Positions 38,080 through 51,033 of a stretch of 64,000 nucleotides of DNA are shown here, piece by piece (within the stretch, counting starts at the first letter, position 1; each line of letters opens with the position of its first letter). The DNA is from Lepidodermella squamata. Taxonomy: Eukaryota; Animalia; Gastrotricha. The stretch spans positions 124,001 to 188,000 of the forward strand of contig JBLDXI010000026.1 of NCBI GenBank assembly GCA_047495785.1, in the 5' to 3' direction. The translations under genes and the position numbers were made by a program. The notes below the pieces were generated by a model. The model was not told the DNA's origin and searched no databases. It was given only the letters and a program-made list of their open reading frames with translations.

Positions 38080-38670
38080 TCGCTGGCTGATTGTTCATCT
38101 TCTGCTATATAGTTTCACTGTTGAATTTATTATTGTATTTATACATCAAACCTGTATGTTGAATGTTATGCCTTAAAAAAATGAACAAATATTTTTCAGA
38201 ATTTTCTCTTTTATTCGATAGAAGTAACACGCGGTGAGAATATAATAAACCAGTGCAAGTCATCATTCATCTTTCAGTTTCGATTTTTTTTCGAAATTTT
38301 CAAGATAATATTTACAGCTTAGCAACCGGGCTAATGATATCAAATAGTTCAAGTGAAGGTCAGAATTTTATACACGCACGAATCCAGCCGTGCTAATCAA
38401 GCTAATTACACAAGGGCAATGCATAAAAGTTGAACATTTTATCCTAAGGACGTTTCAAAACATTTCGCTCAACGATCGCCCACATGAATGCTATTGAAAA
38501 TTAAAAGCTGTGCTAATTTCGAGAAATTGGATTTCATAATATGTACAGAGATAAAAACCGACTAGCGATGTAAAAATTGAGACACAACCCACAGGGTCTC
38601 ATACCAGATGAAAAGTATAAAGGTATGGTGATTAGGTGACATTTTTTGTTGTTAAAAAAATCTATATAGG

Positions 38671-40030
38671 CTAATGTTGCGAGTTCATGTCGTAAATTTC
38701 GTTGAACAGCCTGCTTTCAGGTAGTGCCGAGCCGCATCGATCGAAAACCCGGCAAAAAGCCTGGTAACGGCGTATAGCCGCATCGCAGAATACGCGAATG
38801 GCTCGCGACATTTCAGCCGAGCGCAGCTCAGCTTGCTTCGGGCCGAATTTCTGGATCAAATGCGCCCGCACTATGGCTTCGATTTGCTGGTGAGTCTTGG
38901 CGAAATCTGACAATCCGCTCAGCTTTGTACTGTCTTCGCCTGAAACGTCAAACAAAAATTAAATTTTGAAAAAAACGAAGTTTTGATTAGCCAACTCACC
39001 TTGAAAAACTAAAAGCGCCATCATCAGGGAAAACTCTGCTGACGATGGTTGCCACTCGTTAAGCATTTCCCTTATTACCTTGAGCTCAGATTGAATGTAC
39101 TGAAAATTAGAGGTTGATTAGGTTCTATTTTACGGATGAAAATGAAATCAGACTTACAGCAAACTCAGGGTAGTATTGCGTCAGCTTCGAAAAATTTTCT
39201 TTGCTCATGCCTAGGGCGTAAGGCTCGGCGTGATTCGAGCATTCAGCTACGACAATTCGGCTCAGACAACTCGCGAAAACACTGCAGCGATCTTTAAGAT
39301 TCATGTCTCGGAAACCAGGCAACGATCTTAGGTAATCCTTCAAGCATATCGCGCTCCTTTCCATGTGGGACATGACCTCTTGCCAAGCTTCAGCCGCATT
39401 GCTGAAGCTATTTTCTTGGGTCATTTGCCTCAAGGGTAGCTGGAAATTAAAAATTTAAGCTTGGAAATTAAAAAAAAATTAATTGCTCACCTTGCTCATA
39501 TCATCATGAAATTTATTCGCAGCATTGATGTAAATTTGAAGATTTTGCTCCAGTGTTGGGTAGTCGAAAGCTAGTTCTGACGTTGATGGGGATAGGGTGG
39601 GCGAACTTCCAGCGCTTGATTCTTCATACGGAGTGTCATCAGCACTGCACGATTCGCCGCTTTTCGACTCACGAGGCGACTTTTTCGACGGCGAACCCAT
39701 GCCGGCATCTCGGCACTTCGCGAAACGGCATGACGGGCACATGAAACGCCACGTGGTACCCGACCACATGACAACGGCCGTTTTCGCCGAGGGTGATGAA
39801 CTTTCATCGCTTGATACCAAACAATCGTGGCCGCCGGAGAAGCAAGTCAGGGCCGACTCGCGGTGCCGATTTCGCAGGTAAAATCGCTTGCATGCCTCGC
39901 AAACCAAAGCGCCACAGCGCCTTTTGCGTGAAGTAGCAATACCACAAACCTTTAAACAAAATTATTAAGGAGGATTTTTTAAATGAAGTGGATATTTTAC
40001 CTGGCAGTTGACGATGCTGTAACTTTTCAT
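38671..40030 (-). CDS. Divergent nuclear hormone receptor #1 (P-box CEACKR)
   Basis: MKSYSIVNCQ|VCGIATSRKRRCGALVCEACKRFYLR...CPSCRFAKC...GM; LBD with LRSLPGF...DR; short introns. Confidence 0.85.
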
Positions 40031-41050
40031 TTGGAAGGGCTGTTTGAGGAACTGATGCGATGCTAACACGGCTGGGCATCTTTTATGCAGGTCTGAGACA
40101 CGCGAACCGAGTGGGCGACTTCGAAGTAATGCTTTCAACGTGATAAAAACCGCATTCTAGCGTGTCGGATTTCTTCGCATAACTATGTTCGAAGATGTCA
40201 GAGGCAAAAAATAATTGCTAAGGTGCTATTGATAAAGCTAATTATACGAAAAGTCGTGCGATCACTTCCTGGTGAATCTGTCTTCAAGAATTTAAAAGGA
40301 ATTTCAAAACATTTTTCCGTCGATTTTGATGCACGAATAAAGAAATGAATCTAATTATTTAATTACGCTGACGCCTTTCTAGGCATGTCGTGGGTAAAAA
40401 TATTTTACTGCGATATCACGTGTTAGTACAAATTTATTCCCGTAATAAATCGGCCACATTCTTCGCAAGAGATCATAAAATAAGTGTAATTATCTTTCCC
40501 GGGTAGGCGATGCGCATCACGCGCAATTACTGGGCTAAAAATTGCGTGGAATTTTTTGATTACGCGATCAAATATAGGCAATTTTTACTCATCTTTCCTA
40601 TTTTCTTGTAAAACCCGAGGTATGAAAATAATATCTTCCGCAAGTAAAGTTGCAGCTAATACCCCGAATTAGGACAACATTAGATACCCTTTGCATACAG
40701 CCTCTATTTAGGGTTCCAGCTGGAAATGAAGCCTCGTCCGTGCATATTAGACAATATAGGTATTGTTAGTTACACCTCTAAATTTTCTATTCGTCCTGCA
40801 TTCTTAAATTTATTTAATCGTTTTCTTCTCTACCGAGCCAGTTTCGCCCGAAAGCTTTATTGGATCAGTCGCCTAAGCCGAGCTCAGTACGTGATAGCTA
40901 GCTAGAGCTTGTCATTCGATCACGCAACTGCCATTCAAGTATTTACTCAGCGTGCCTATGACTTTCAGAGTGCTTTTCGAGCAGCCTGATCGAGCTCATT
41001 TCATATTTTATTTTCACAATTTGAAAGCAAGTTCTACTTAACTCTCAATT

Positions 41051-41351
41051 ATGACAAAGCTCGTTCTTTTTCTCGCCATTGTGGTAAGAATATCTTTGAA
41101 TAATCTTCGATATAAATTACCTTTTATAGGCCGTTGTTGCCGTAGTCACTCTAGCAGAGGAGAACAAGTTTGGAAAGGTGTGCACTCAGGATGGAAAAAC
41201 CGGTTATTTTTGGCGAAATCCAAAGAGTGGATCATGGGAATGCTATACGAGTGACGAGAAGTTATGCAATACCAGCACGGGCAAGCCTGGCTTTGTGCAG
41301 AGATACAGGCGTACAACGTTTTGCTCAGAGTTCATCCCAATCCGCGGCTGA
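41051..41351 (+). CDS. Small secreted 4-Cys peptide precursor (84 aa, 2 exons), not recovered by the ORF track
   Basis: Exons 41051-41083 (GTG|GTAAGA) and 41130-41351 give MTKLVLFLAIVAVVAVVTLA-EENKFGKVCTQDGKTGYFWRNPKSGSWECYTSDEKLCNTSTGKPGFVQRYRRTTFCSEFIPIRG*. Confidence 0.75.
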
Positions 41352-41638
41352 TAATGCTTGTATGGAATTGAGACGAGAGAGGATGAGATGCGAAGCGCAC
41401 AAGATAGCGGTTGTAGTACTCGGTGATTTCGTTGATAATTCCATGATGAAATAAAATTAATAGACAATCGCTACCCATATAATTTCTTCGCAATTTTAGT
41501 AAATATATTCGGAGTAAATATACCTATACATACTGCGATTTCTGCACACAAAAATAAATGAAAAAATTCGTCGTTTTGAAGACTTTGGCTATGGCTGCGA
41601 TTTAAATAATTCATACAAACCTCAAAAAAACGTGGTGT

Positions 41639-41785
41639 CACAGGGTTTATCTAGCCACCCTCAACCCAGCGCCAAAATGTGGCTACCCCTCCCTAAGTTT
41701 CAAGCTTTTGGGCTATTTTCAGCTGTTGAGGTCTATTTCGCGAGTATCCGCACCCCCAATTTCAAAAGGCTGGATAAGCCCGTTG
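41639..41785. mobile_element. Short MITE-like element (~145 bp)
   Basis: gggtttatctagcc and ggctggataagccc form an imperfect inverted pair; gtggtgt occurs on both flanks. Confidence 0.5.
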
Positions 41786-41820
41786 TGGTGTATATCCTTA
41801 CTTGAATACGCATTTTTGAC

Positions 41821-42203
41821 CAACAGGCTTCTGCTCCAGAAATTCGATTCGGTGAAGTCGATCTGCCGCCACTTGACCACGTGAAGATCCTGGGAGTCTA
41901 TCTGGACTCAAAGCTCACCATGGAAAAGCACGTCGATCATCTGATCAAAGCCGCAAGAAGTGGTACCTACGCACTACGTAAAGCGGCTCGGCACACCGAC
42001 CTGAAGACTCGAACAATGATGTACGACGGCATCATCGGGTCGAAGTTCAACTACTGCGACGCCGTCATCGATCAGGGCTGCAAGACCCAGCTGGATCGAC
42101 TTCAACACGCGCAAAACAAAGCCGTTCGTGCCGTTCTCGACGTCAGTCCTGACGTGCCCGCCGATGAAGTTCTCGTGCGATTGCGATGGGTGAATCTGCA
42201 AGG
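41821..42203 (+). mobile_element. Truncated non-LTR retrotransposon (CR1/L2-like) ORF2 C-terminal fragment
   Basis: KILGVYLDSKLTMEKHV...LRK...SKFNYC...LQHAQNKAVRAVL...LRW matches the RT thumb/C-terminal region of CR1/L2-type LINEs. Confidence 0.8.
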
Positions 42204-42991
42204 CATACTTCGCTTGGTTAGAAAAAGCGATTCCAGTGGGTGCATTTTTAGGTGATGAAGTAAGAGGAACCTTTCGGAAAGGTCAGGAAGCTCACGATTC
42301 AGTTGTGATGATAGATCAAACATGAATTATCTTTTTCATCTTTTTAATAGGTATGCATGCTTTTGAAGATTATTTTGGGCAAAAAATTTCAATTATCCGC
42401 TACTGGAACCCTTTCTAAGTAAGAATGGACGAAAAAAGGCGTACTTGAAAGGAATTATGAGCAAAGAATTTTTCGAAATTCTCAAAAGCTGATATTCGCA
42501 ATTTTCAATTCGTAGCCTGGCTAGCCTGTACGGCGGCTTTAATTTTCCCTAGTTTTATTTATTGTCGAGTTTCAACAATGTCAACCATTGGCAGTTTAAC
42601 CTACTTCTGGGTTGTTTATGCTCAACGTGAAACTCGTACGCGCAATTGCTGTGCTATTTTTACGCCATTTTTTTCTGGTGAAGTCTTAATCGCTTCACGA
42701 GAACTAACACGGCAAAAAGGTTGGCTTGGCAGATATTTGAGGGCACAAGGGGTTAAAGTTTTGAGGCTGAATTGCCGCGAACGCGCGCCTTTCGAGAAAC
42801 TATTATACAACAGACTAACAGTAAGCCCGTGGCTAGCGACGATCACGGCAAATGAAACGACAGTAGGCGGCAATTGCATTGGCAATAAACGCAGACAATG
42901 ATGAAGCAAATCTGAAGGGAAGAAGAAGGTAAAAAAATCAAGGGTAGCATCATTAAACCACGCCGAGTTTGTTTACTCGTCTAAAGGAGGG

Positions 42992-42998
42992 TATAAAA
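42992..42998 (+). promoter_or_regulatory. Candidate TATA box of the GSSGP-repeat gene
   Basis: gggTATAAAAtagg about 95 bp upstream of the ATG at 43087. Confidence 0.5.
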
Positions 42999-43086
42999 TA
43001 GGCGACAATGTTTGAAAAATGAATAGAATTGTTGGATTTTAAAGAAACCTTCTCCACATTGGAGTTCATACTGTTAATTCCGAGTA

Positions 43087-44001
43087 ATGAGAAATATAAG
43101 AGCAACGGCTTTTCTTTTCGCCATTCTATGGGGAACCTTGATTATTGTCGAATCGTACGCAGCGCAACAGAGCACGTTCAATAATGACAAGCGAAAAGGC
43201 GAATCCGGCCCAAAAAGCGTCAACGCAGGCTCCAATGGCGCAATCCAATGGCAAAGAACCAGATCAGGAGCTTCTGGTTCCTCTGGTCCGCGGGGAAATT
43301 CAACTTCATCATCATTCAAAATTCTTCTCGGTGTCTCAGGAAGCTCCGGCCCCAAGAATAATGCAACCCTGGCAGGAAGCAAGCGTCACCCTGGCTTCTC
43401 TGGAAGCTCCGGTCCCAAGAATAATGGAACCATAGCGGGAGGCAAGCGTCACCCTGGCGTCTCCGGAAGCTCCGGTCCGAAGAGTAGTTCAACCATGGCA
43501 GGAAGCAAGCGTCACCCGGGAGTTTCTGGAACCTCTGGTCCTAAGGTGAATACGACAATGGCAGGGAACAAGCGCCGTCCTGGAACTTCTGGCAGTTCAG
43601 GTCCCAAGGGTAGTGCTTCGCGCTCAGGTTCGGGGCCCCGCCATGGAACCTCTGGAAGTTCAGGTCCCAAGGGCAATGCTTCCCGCTCAGGTTCAGGGCC
43701 CCGTTCTGGAACCTCTGGCAGTTCAGGTCCTAAGAACAATTCAACTATTGCTGGCAACAAGCGCCGCCCGGTAGTTTCTGGAACCTCTGGTCCCAAGGTG
43801 AATTCGACAATGGCAGGGAACAAGCGCCGTCCTGGAACCTCTGGCAGTTCAGGTCCCAAGGGCAATGCTTCGCGCTCAAGTTCAGGACCCCGCCATGGAA
43901 CCTCTGGCAGTTCAGGTCCTAAGAACAATTCAACTATTGCTGGCAACAAGCGCCGCCCTGGAGTAAGTGGCCCAGTTGCTGCGCACAATCGCAATTTTTA
44001 G
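43087..44001 (+). CDS. Secreted, basic Gly/Ser-rich repeat protein (G[TV]SG[ST]SGPK repeats with KR/KRR sites)
   Basis: 304-aa single-exon ORF with a signal peptide and about 12 SG[ST]SGP-centred units of 20-21 aa (60-63 bp DNA period). Confidence 0.85.
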   Translation: MRNIRATAFLFAILWGTLIIVESYAAQQSTFNNDKRKGESGPKSVNAGSNGAIQWQRTRSGASGSSGPRGNSTSSSFKILLGVSGSSGPKNNATLAGSKRHPGFSGSSGPKNNGTIAGGKRHPGVSGSSGPKSSSTMAGSKRHPGVSGTSGPKVNTTMAGNKRRPGTSGSSGPKGSASRSGSGPRHGTSGSSGPKGNASRSGSGPRSGTSGSSGPKNNSTIAGNKRRPVVSGTSGPKVNSTMAGNKRRPGTSGSSGPKGNASRSSSGPRHGTSGSSGPKNNSTIAGNKRRPGVSGPVAAHNRNF

Positions 44002-44598
44002 CATGCGCCTTACCACAATGAAACGCTTGCTCGAGTTAACTTTCACAATGACCCGAAACTATTTTGACTTTTGAAGTGATTCCTACTGAATAAGTGCTTA
44101 GCACCATTTCGCTTTTTCATTTTTCCTTGAAGTAAAGAACCAAGTTACTGCTTGTGACATTTTACATCAGACATAGGTATGTGCTTTCAGGCATATCGTA
44201 TGACAGAGAAATTGTTGCGAGTGACCGGTTTGAGCCAGTTCTCAATCAAGCTCTAAAGCGTCGACTATACGGAGATTACCTTAATCTGATCGCTATGATA
44301 AAAACCAAGGCGAAATCGACCCTGCGATTTGCACCACAATAGGATCAAATTTCGAATATGGAACTAACATGTCTGTACTCACTGCGTCGATCCATAGTGT
44401 TTGGGGACATCGCCTAATTGTTTTTTCAAGGTTGCCCGACCTGATCCACGAGCCCAGACACTCCCAAAACGTGTTATTTCCATCACCCCGGAACAGACAC
44501 GAAACTTTCGTGCTGCAATAGCGATCACATGCCATCCGGTGCGAAACCCGATCCTCATAGGCAATTCCTCATTTTCGAGTTCATTTATTAAACAATTT

Positions 44599-46055
44599 TT
44601 AGTTTCCCGAGGTTGAGTTGGATGCATCAGAGCTAGCCTGGTCCACATACAGACGAAAGTGGCGCTCTGTGCGATCGAAAATATCTTCCATGAGCTTGCT
44701 AACAGTCGCCAATTGGGGCAGCCGGTCGTAGACTCTGATGAAAGTCGCCATTCTCTTATTCGCAATTTCGATGATCATATCCACGGATTGTTCGAAGTAA
44801 ACCTGCCTGCTTAGTGGGTCTGGAAAATTACTTAGGACGTATTCGTGGTGAATTTCGATCAAAAGTGCTCGGGAAGCGTTAAATGTCGCTGTATTTGAAA
44901 GTGACACTGGACTATCTGAGAAAGGAAATTTCAATGAATTTTCATTCAAACAAATTCTTAATCACTGACCGATAGAATAGAATAACATTGCAAGCAGTAG
45001 GCCGAATTCGATTTCTGTCGGTTTCCAATGACTCATCATCGACCAAACTTGTATCTGTTCCGCCTCGACGTGCTTTCAAAATGGGTTTAGATAGTTTGGG
45101 GATGGATTATTAAATATCAAAACTAACTTGGAATTCCGGGAAATGAACAGCGGCGCGGTGAAAGTTGCCACGGCTCATTCCCATGAGGAAATATTCATCA
45201 TGAAAACCGCACTCAGCTATACACCAACGGGACATTCCATGTGAGAACAATGTACATCGGTCCTTGATGGGCAAGTCTTTGTAACCTACTCAGAAAAAAT
45301 ACAGAATTGATAAGCTAGATTAGTTGCAGTTTTTTACCTGGAAGAACGCGAACAAAATGTTTGAATATATTCATCCAACTTTCAAAGTGAATCATACAGA
45401 TCATCCAAAGTTGTTCTAAAGTTTGATTTCCCATGAACTCTTCCTTCGTACGTAGCACTAGCTGAAAAAATATTATTTATAGTAAAAAACAAAAATAGAA
45501 AAAACCAAACTGAAGATTGATGAGCAGCTATAAGTTCTTTCACTCCAGTTTCGATTTCAAAAAGCTGTTTGCTGTAAACGAGGTTCAAATGCTTGATTGG
45601 CTGAATGCTGAGATCAGGCGTACAGCATTCTTTTTTCGAAGGGGAAATAGACTGCGGGCTATCTTTAGCTATTGGTGAAGTGTTTTGAGAGACTGGCGAA
45701 TCTTTTGAGGCGGATTCTTCCTTAGAGGTAGTACCCATACCCATAGCCTTGCATTTATCGTATCGGCAGGATCGGCAGACGAATCGCCAAACATTACCGG
45801 CACAGGTGATTGTTGAACTTGTAGATTGAATGTTTCGAAGGCACGACTTGTCGCCTGCTAGGCAGGTTAGACTTGTAGTTCGTCTCCGTTGCCGTAGGAA
45901 GAACCGCTTACAGGCTTCACAAACCAAGGCTCCGCATCGAACTTTCTTATCGGTCGGAATTCCACAGACCTATTGTTACAAAATTCGGCTTTTAACGGAA
46001 AAACATTACTGGAAATTGTTACCAAGCAATTGATAATCGTGTCTGATTTGGGCAT
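44599..46055 (-). CDS. Divergent nuclear hormone receptor #2 (P-box CEACKR)
   Basis: MPKSDTIINCL|VCGIPTDKKVRCGALVCEACKRFFLR...CRSCRYDKC...GM; LBD exons VLPG|YKDLPIKDRC and WKPTEIEFGLLLAMLF. Confidence 0.85.
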
Positions 46056-46324
46056 TTTGTGCCTTGCAGCTGTTCTGTTCGCGATTTTGGAAAAAATCCT
46101 CGGAATTAGGCGCTCAAGCATCAAATGACAAGTTGATGTTCTGTATCAGCGTATGTCAAGTCTGAGTGATATCGATTTTTCACATAGTTGAGAAGCCTTT
46201 CAAGTAATGCAACTTTTTGTAAGGAAAAAGCATTCCCCCGCCTACTCCATGCGACGAAAAATGTTTCCACCGTACAGATTTATTATTACTGATGAAAACA
46301 GGAAAAAACACTTTCACCCTAATT

Positions 46325-47816
46325 TCACTGGTTTAACTTGTCAGTAATAACTGGGCGGGTTTTTGATTTGTCGAAAACCTCGGCAAAAATGAGGTTAGCC
46401 CTGGCGAATTGCGGATATTTCGCGTTCAAGTTGCTAAGAGCTTCTTTCCGTCGATCACCAGCTTCGTAAAAAATTTCCAAACAGTTATTCATAAAGGATT
46501 TGCGAACATCTACAGCTGGGGAGCTTTCACCAAAACGCCATTTTCCGACGACCTTCTGCGAACAGTACACATGGTACAAGAATTGATAAGTTCCAAGAGT
46601 CTCCGCAAAGCTTCCGTTCCCCATACCGAGACGAACAGCTGAAAAAATTATGTATAAAGAAATTGAAGAGGCCAAGAGGAAGAGGAACTTGATAGAACCT
46701 GTTTGATAGAAGAGCAAAGCCAATAGAAATGTAAACTCGACGAGATCAGGCTTCCAAGCTTTCAGGACTTGCCCAAGCTGTTCTTTCTCGTCACAGACAT
46801 ACTGTAAAGAAATTGCAGTTTTCAGTTGTACGCAAAGTTTTAATTAAACCTACCTTCATCGCTGGGAAGCGAGGAATTGCGACAGAGAAGTTGTGGTTAT
46901 TCATATTGAAACCGAGTGGCTCGGGATGAGAAGAGCTTTCAACAATCATAAGTCGCGAGAAGCAATGAGAAAACAATGTGCACTTGTTTTGAACGGACAA
47001 CTCCTTGTAACCTTCAGAAAACTTGATTTTGCCAAAGTTGAAGTTTCAATTTGTTCTTACCTGGGAGCGACGACAGGAATTCTTTGAGTAGAACGGCTTC
47101 TTCATTGAAATGATGTATCATCAAGTCAGAACAGATCTGTTCGATGGTATCAGTTGGGCTGAATCTGTTTTCACGTCTCAATGTCATCTATCAAATTTAC
47201 TTGAAATATTATAATGAGGAATAACAGTTAGGGCTTACATTTTCCAAAGATGTCACAAACTTTTGACCCGCAGCAGATAATCGGCACAACGCATCCTCAG
47301 CGAGAGATAAATCCGCGGATATTCTAAATGATCCACTGATGCTTGATAATGGGGCTAGGGTCGTGGAGATTGGGGCAGGGACTGCACCACTGTCCGAAAT
47401 GGGGCTTTGTGAACGTCTACCAACTGCACCCTCTGCGTTTTGCTCATTTGATTCCTCTTCATCCTTGGCAATTTTGAGACCGCCGTCGTATTGGCGAAGC
47501 CCCATGCCGACCGCTTTACACTTGGCGAAACGGCAAGACGGGCAAAGAAACCTCCATACAGCCCCGCCCCAAGCTTGGACAGGCGGGTTGGTTTTCCAAT
47601 CAACGCAGGCATTGTCTCCTTTGCTGCAGACGAGTTGCTTCTCCTTAGCTCGGTGGCGCAGGTAAAATCGTTTGCAGGCCTCGCAGACCAAAGCTCCGCA
47701 TCGTATCTTGCGCGGAGCAACGACACCACATACCTATATAATGAGATGAATTATTTATTTAAGGGAGTTATTCGCTCTTTTACCTGGCAATTGATGACAC
47801 TTTGAGCTTTAGGCAT
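46325..47816 (-). CDS. Divergent nuclear hormone receptor #3 (P-box CEACKR)
   Basis: MPKAQSVINCQ|VCGVVAPRKIRCGALVCEACKRFYLR...CPSCRFAKC...GM, plus LBD exons. Confidence 0.85.
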
Positions 47817-48200
47817 ACGCAGTGATAAGCGTGAAAATGTCGAAATGACTTCGCGACGAATGTCAGACGAGGACGTGTGAGTGCGAGCAGTGTCTGGGTA
47901 TGCGAGCTGAAGAATCGATTATCATGAATGAGAAGGCGGTTTTAATCGCGTGATACTTCTCGAATTTCTCTCGATGGGAAGAAGACAACGCATGATCAGT
48001 TTAATCGAGCTTCATTTAGTAAAGTAGTGGTTTAATTAATATCCCAACCGCAAGTCAGGTGATTTCAATTTTGGGACTATCAGCAATTTTGGTACAGCTT
48101 GGCTTGTTGAATCTGACATCAAAAATACAGAGCTGATAATACAAGGAGCCGAAACTTAGTTTGTTTGTATCCATATGAGAATAAAAACATCGCAAAATTG

Positions 48201-49764
48201 TCAGTTTTCTACGATCCGTGGCAAGATTCTAGGCATCATCCGCATTGTCACTTCCTTGTACAAAGCGTTTGTGTTTGTCATCACGGGCCGCAAGCGGAGT
48301 TGCGCTCTGCCTAAAGCTTCCATGCGGCGTATTCCAGCTTCGGAAAATAATCTAACAGTCCGGTCAAGATCAGCCAGGCGACTTCCTTTCATCCCATTCC
48401 TTGAACAGTGAAGCAAATGCAATTTTCGCAGCTCCTTAATCGCTTTATCAGAATGAGTTAAATTCCACTGTTGGCCTGTGAAAAAGAAACATTACCAAAT
48501 GCATCAAAATAATATGAAAACCACCGCTGTAATGGAATAGTTCCGAAATAATGAGGCTAAACTCCAGCATGTCGGGACGCCAACTTTTGAGCAATTGGCC
48601 AAGCTGTTCCTTTTCTTCGAGGACATACTGCATGAAATTGAAGAAACAGCATCAGTGAATTGCATTATATGAAATAGACTTAAAAATAAAGTTACCATTA
48701 GTTCTGGGTAGAATTGTAGTGATACCTGCAAATTGTCCTCGTTCATGCAGAATGCCGTCGGTTTATCGTGATTGCAGCTTTCAGCAATCAGGATTGCACA
48801 CATACTGGACGCGAACAGTTCACATCGTTGTCGGTTTTCCATCTCGCCATACCCTGCACATTATCGTAATCCGTAATCAAACAATTACCCCGCGATACGA
48901 CACCCCTGTGTGACACTTTGAATCCGCTAATCCCAAATCCCAACCCAACGACCCCAACGAGGAAGCAGCTTTTTAGAGCGCATTTGAAGTTTCAAGGCGC
49001 GCGCGCGCGTCCACACGTTTGCTTCTTAGGTCTGTCTTAGGAGCCAAATTAATATGATTAGTAACCTGGGGTAGAGGCTAAGAATTGTTTTATGAGCACC
49101 GCTTGGGCGCCTATTTGCGCTTGCATTATGGTCGACCACACATCCATCACTGATTGTTGTGTCGAGAGAATGGCTTGCTTTCGAAGCGGTAGCTATATAG
49201 AGAAAGCATCGAAAAATTACTTTACCAAATATTTTAAATGCGACATATACATTTTCCAACCCTGATCTTAGCTTCAGGATCGCATTGTGAAGAATGCCTA
49301 GACGAGTTTCAGACGCCTCGTAATCCGAATTGATTTCGATTGGCATTGGTGTAGCATGATTCACAGGTAAGTTTGCTGTCTTATTGTTCGGCCATCGACT
49401 GCGTTTGCTAGCCAACCCCATTCCGGCATCGAGGCATTTTCTGAAGCGACACGATGCACACATGAACCGCCACACAGTGCCGCGCCAAGTAACGACTGCA
49501 TTTGGCTCGTTATTCTCTGTTACGGCCGCATCCATGCAAGCATTTGTCCCCGATAAACACTTGAGATGATCGCGCCTGTTTCGTTGACGGAGAAAGAAGC
49601 CTTTACAGGCCTCACAAACCGATGCTTTTAGCCGGAGTCTATTCGTTGTTTCTACACCGCATACCTGCAGCACCGTGAAAGCTGAATTTAGTTGTCAGCC
49701 CACTACAGGTTCTGTTCTTAAAACTCACCTTACATTTCACCATATCGAGATTTGGCGGGGCCAT
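48201..49764 (-). CDS. Divergent nuclear hormone receptor #4 (P-box CEACKG)
   Basis: MAPPNLDMVKCK|VCGVETTNRLRLKASVCEACKGFFLR...CASCRFRKCLDAGM, plus LBD exons (TPG|Y, WRPDMLEF). Confidence 0.85.
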
Positions 49765-50120
49765 GGGCTTAACAATTCAGGGTCTTTTTTTAGTTGGATA
49801 TATTGGAAGTACAATTTTGAGGGATTGAATGTGATATAATTTTTGTCCCAAAACTTCAGGAACAGAATTTTGACAAAAGCTGCGATCGAGAGACAGAATA
49901 TTCGTTGAATCTTGAATAAGCCCTGATCACACGTCAACAATCATCAGAATCACCACGAATTTTATCGTATTCTTAAATGAATTAAGGCGACCTTCCGCAA
50001 AAGTGAGTTAATGTGGATTCAATCACTTTAAATTTACAGCAAAACTGACTGACAGAACGCAGACATGAAAAATGAATTTTTATTGGAAAATCTGTTCAGG
50101 TATTAGAATCAGTTTCGACA

Positions 50121-50696
50121 TCACAGGCCATCAATGGAGAGACTTTGTTCCAATCGACGAAATGCAGTAAGAACAGCTCGGCCGCAATGAAAGCGTACAG
50201 AGCCGAGAGTATAAAACCAGAGAGCTAAGTCAACACATATACTTTGAACAAATTCGGATGAAAAAGTCATCAAAATTACAATCAGGTAAATTGAAAATCC
50301 AAAAAACACGTCACTCCTTGACTGCTTGTAGATAACAAAGTAGACAATGCCCCTTGCTATTGTGTTCAGGAGGTACACAATCGCGAAAAACAGGTCTGAG
50401 TAACCGTCGAAGCGATCTTTCTTAATCGAACGATACTTGGGGTGGCACAGCGTGTAGAGGGTAGCGATTACAGCAAATAACGGCGTTACAGCTAGCCCCG
50501 ACCAGTGAAGACCCGTAGATTTGTCTATCAGGAAAACACCAGCTGTTATCATTGCTGTTTCGATCAGAAGAAAAATCTAAGTAAAATTATTAATGGTCCA
50601 ATAGTGGCGATTAAGCTGGCAACTTGCCAATTGAAACAGACGGAATAGGCCATAATGCGTATCCATCCGGTCGCAAAAAACCGAGCCCCAGCCCAT
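50121..50696 (-). CDS. Four-TM membrane protein (possibly MARVEL-like), paralog of 62737-63657
   Basis: Short first exon MGWARFF...WQ plus ORF 50121-50552. Shares LCHPK...FDG.SD..F.I.YLL with the gene at 62737. Confidence 0.65.
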
Positions 50697-51033
50697 GGAA
50701 GCTGCAAATATGATCAATTTGTCATTACTAGGCCTTTCCCGTGGCAGTTATTTTAAATTCGAAATAGTAAAATCGTCGCTGTGTAAAACATGAGAAGCCA
50801 GCCTCTTATCGCCGCCCATTGCCATGCTTGTCCTTAGCATTCAACTGATAAGATATCGAGCAGCTTTGCCAAGTCATTAGAAAATGTAATTCAAAAGCTC
50901 TGAATTTATTTTTTGTTTCCATCTAGGCTCCAACGGGCAACCCCAAATTATTTTATTTGATGCAATGAGATACAAACAGCATTCAGGCGAGTTGAGTTTG
51001 AGACTCGATCTGGAACTTACTGCTCAACTTTAT

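Noticed and set aside
43074-43994. Antisense and alternate-frame ORFs (LGPELPEVP repeats)
   Set aside because: They are shadows of the GSSGP repeat gene.
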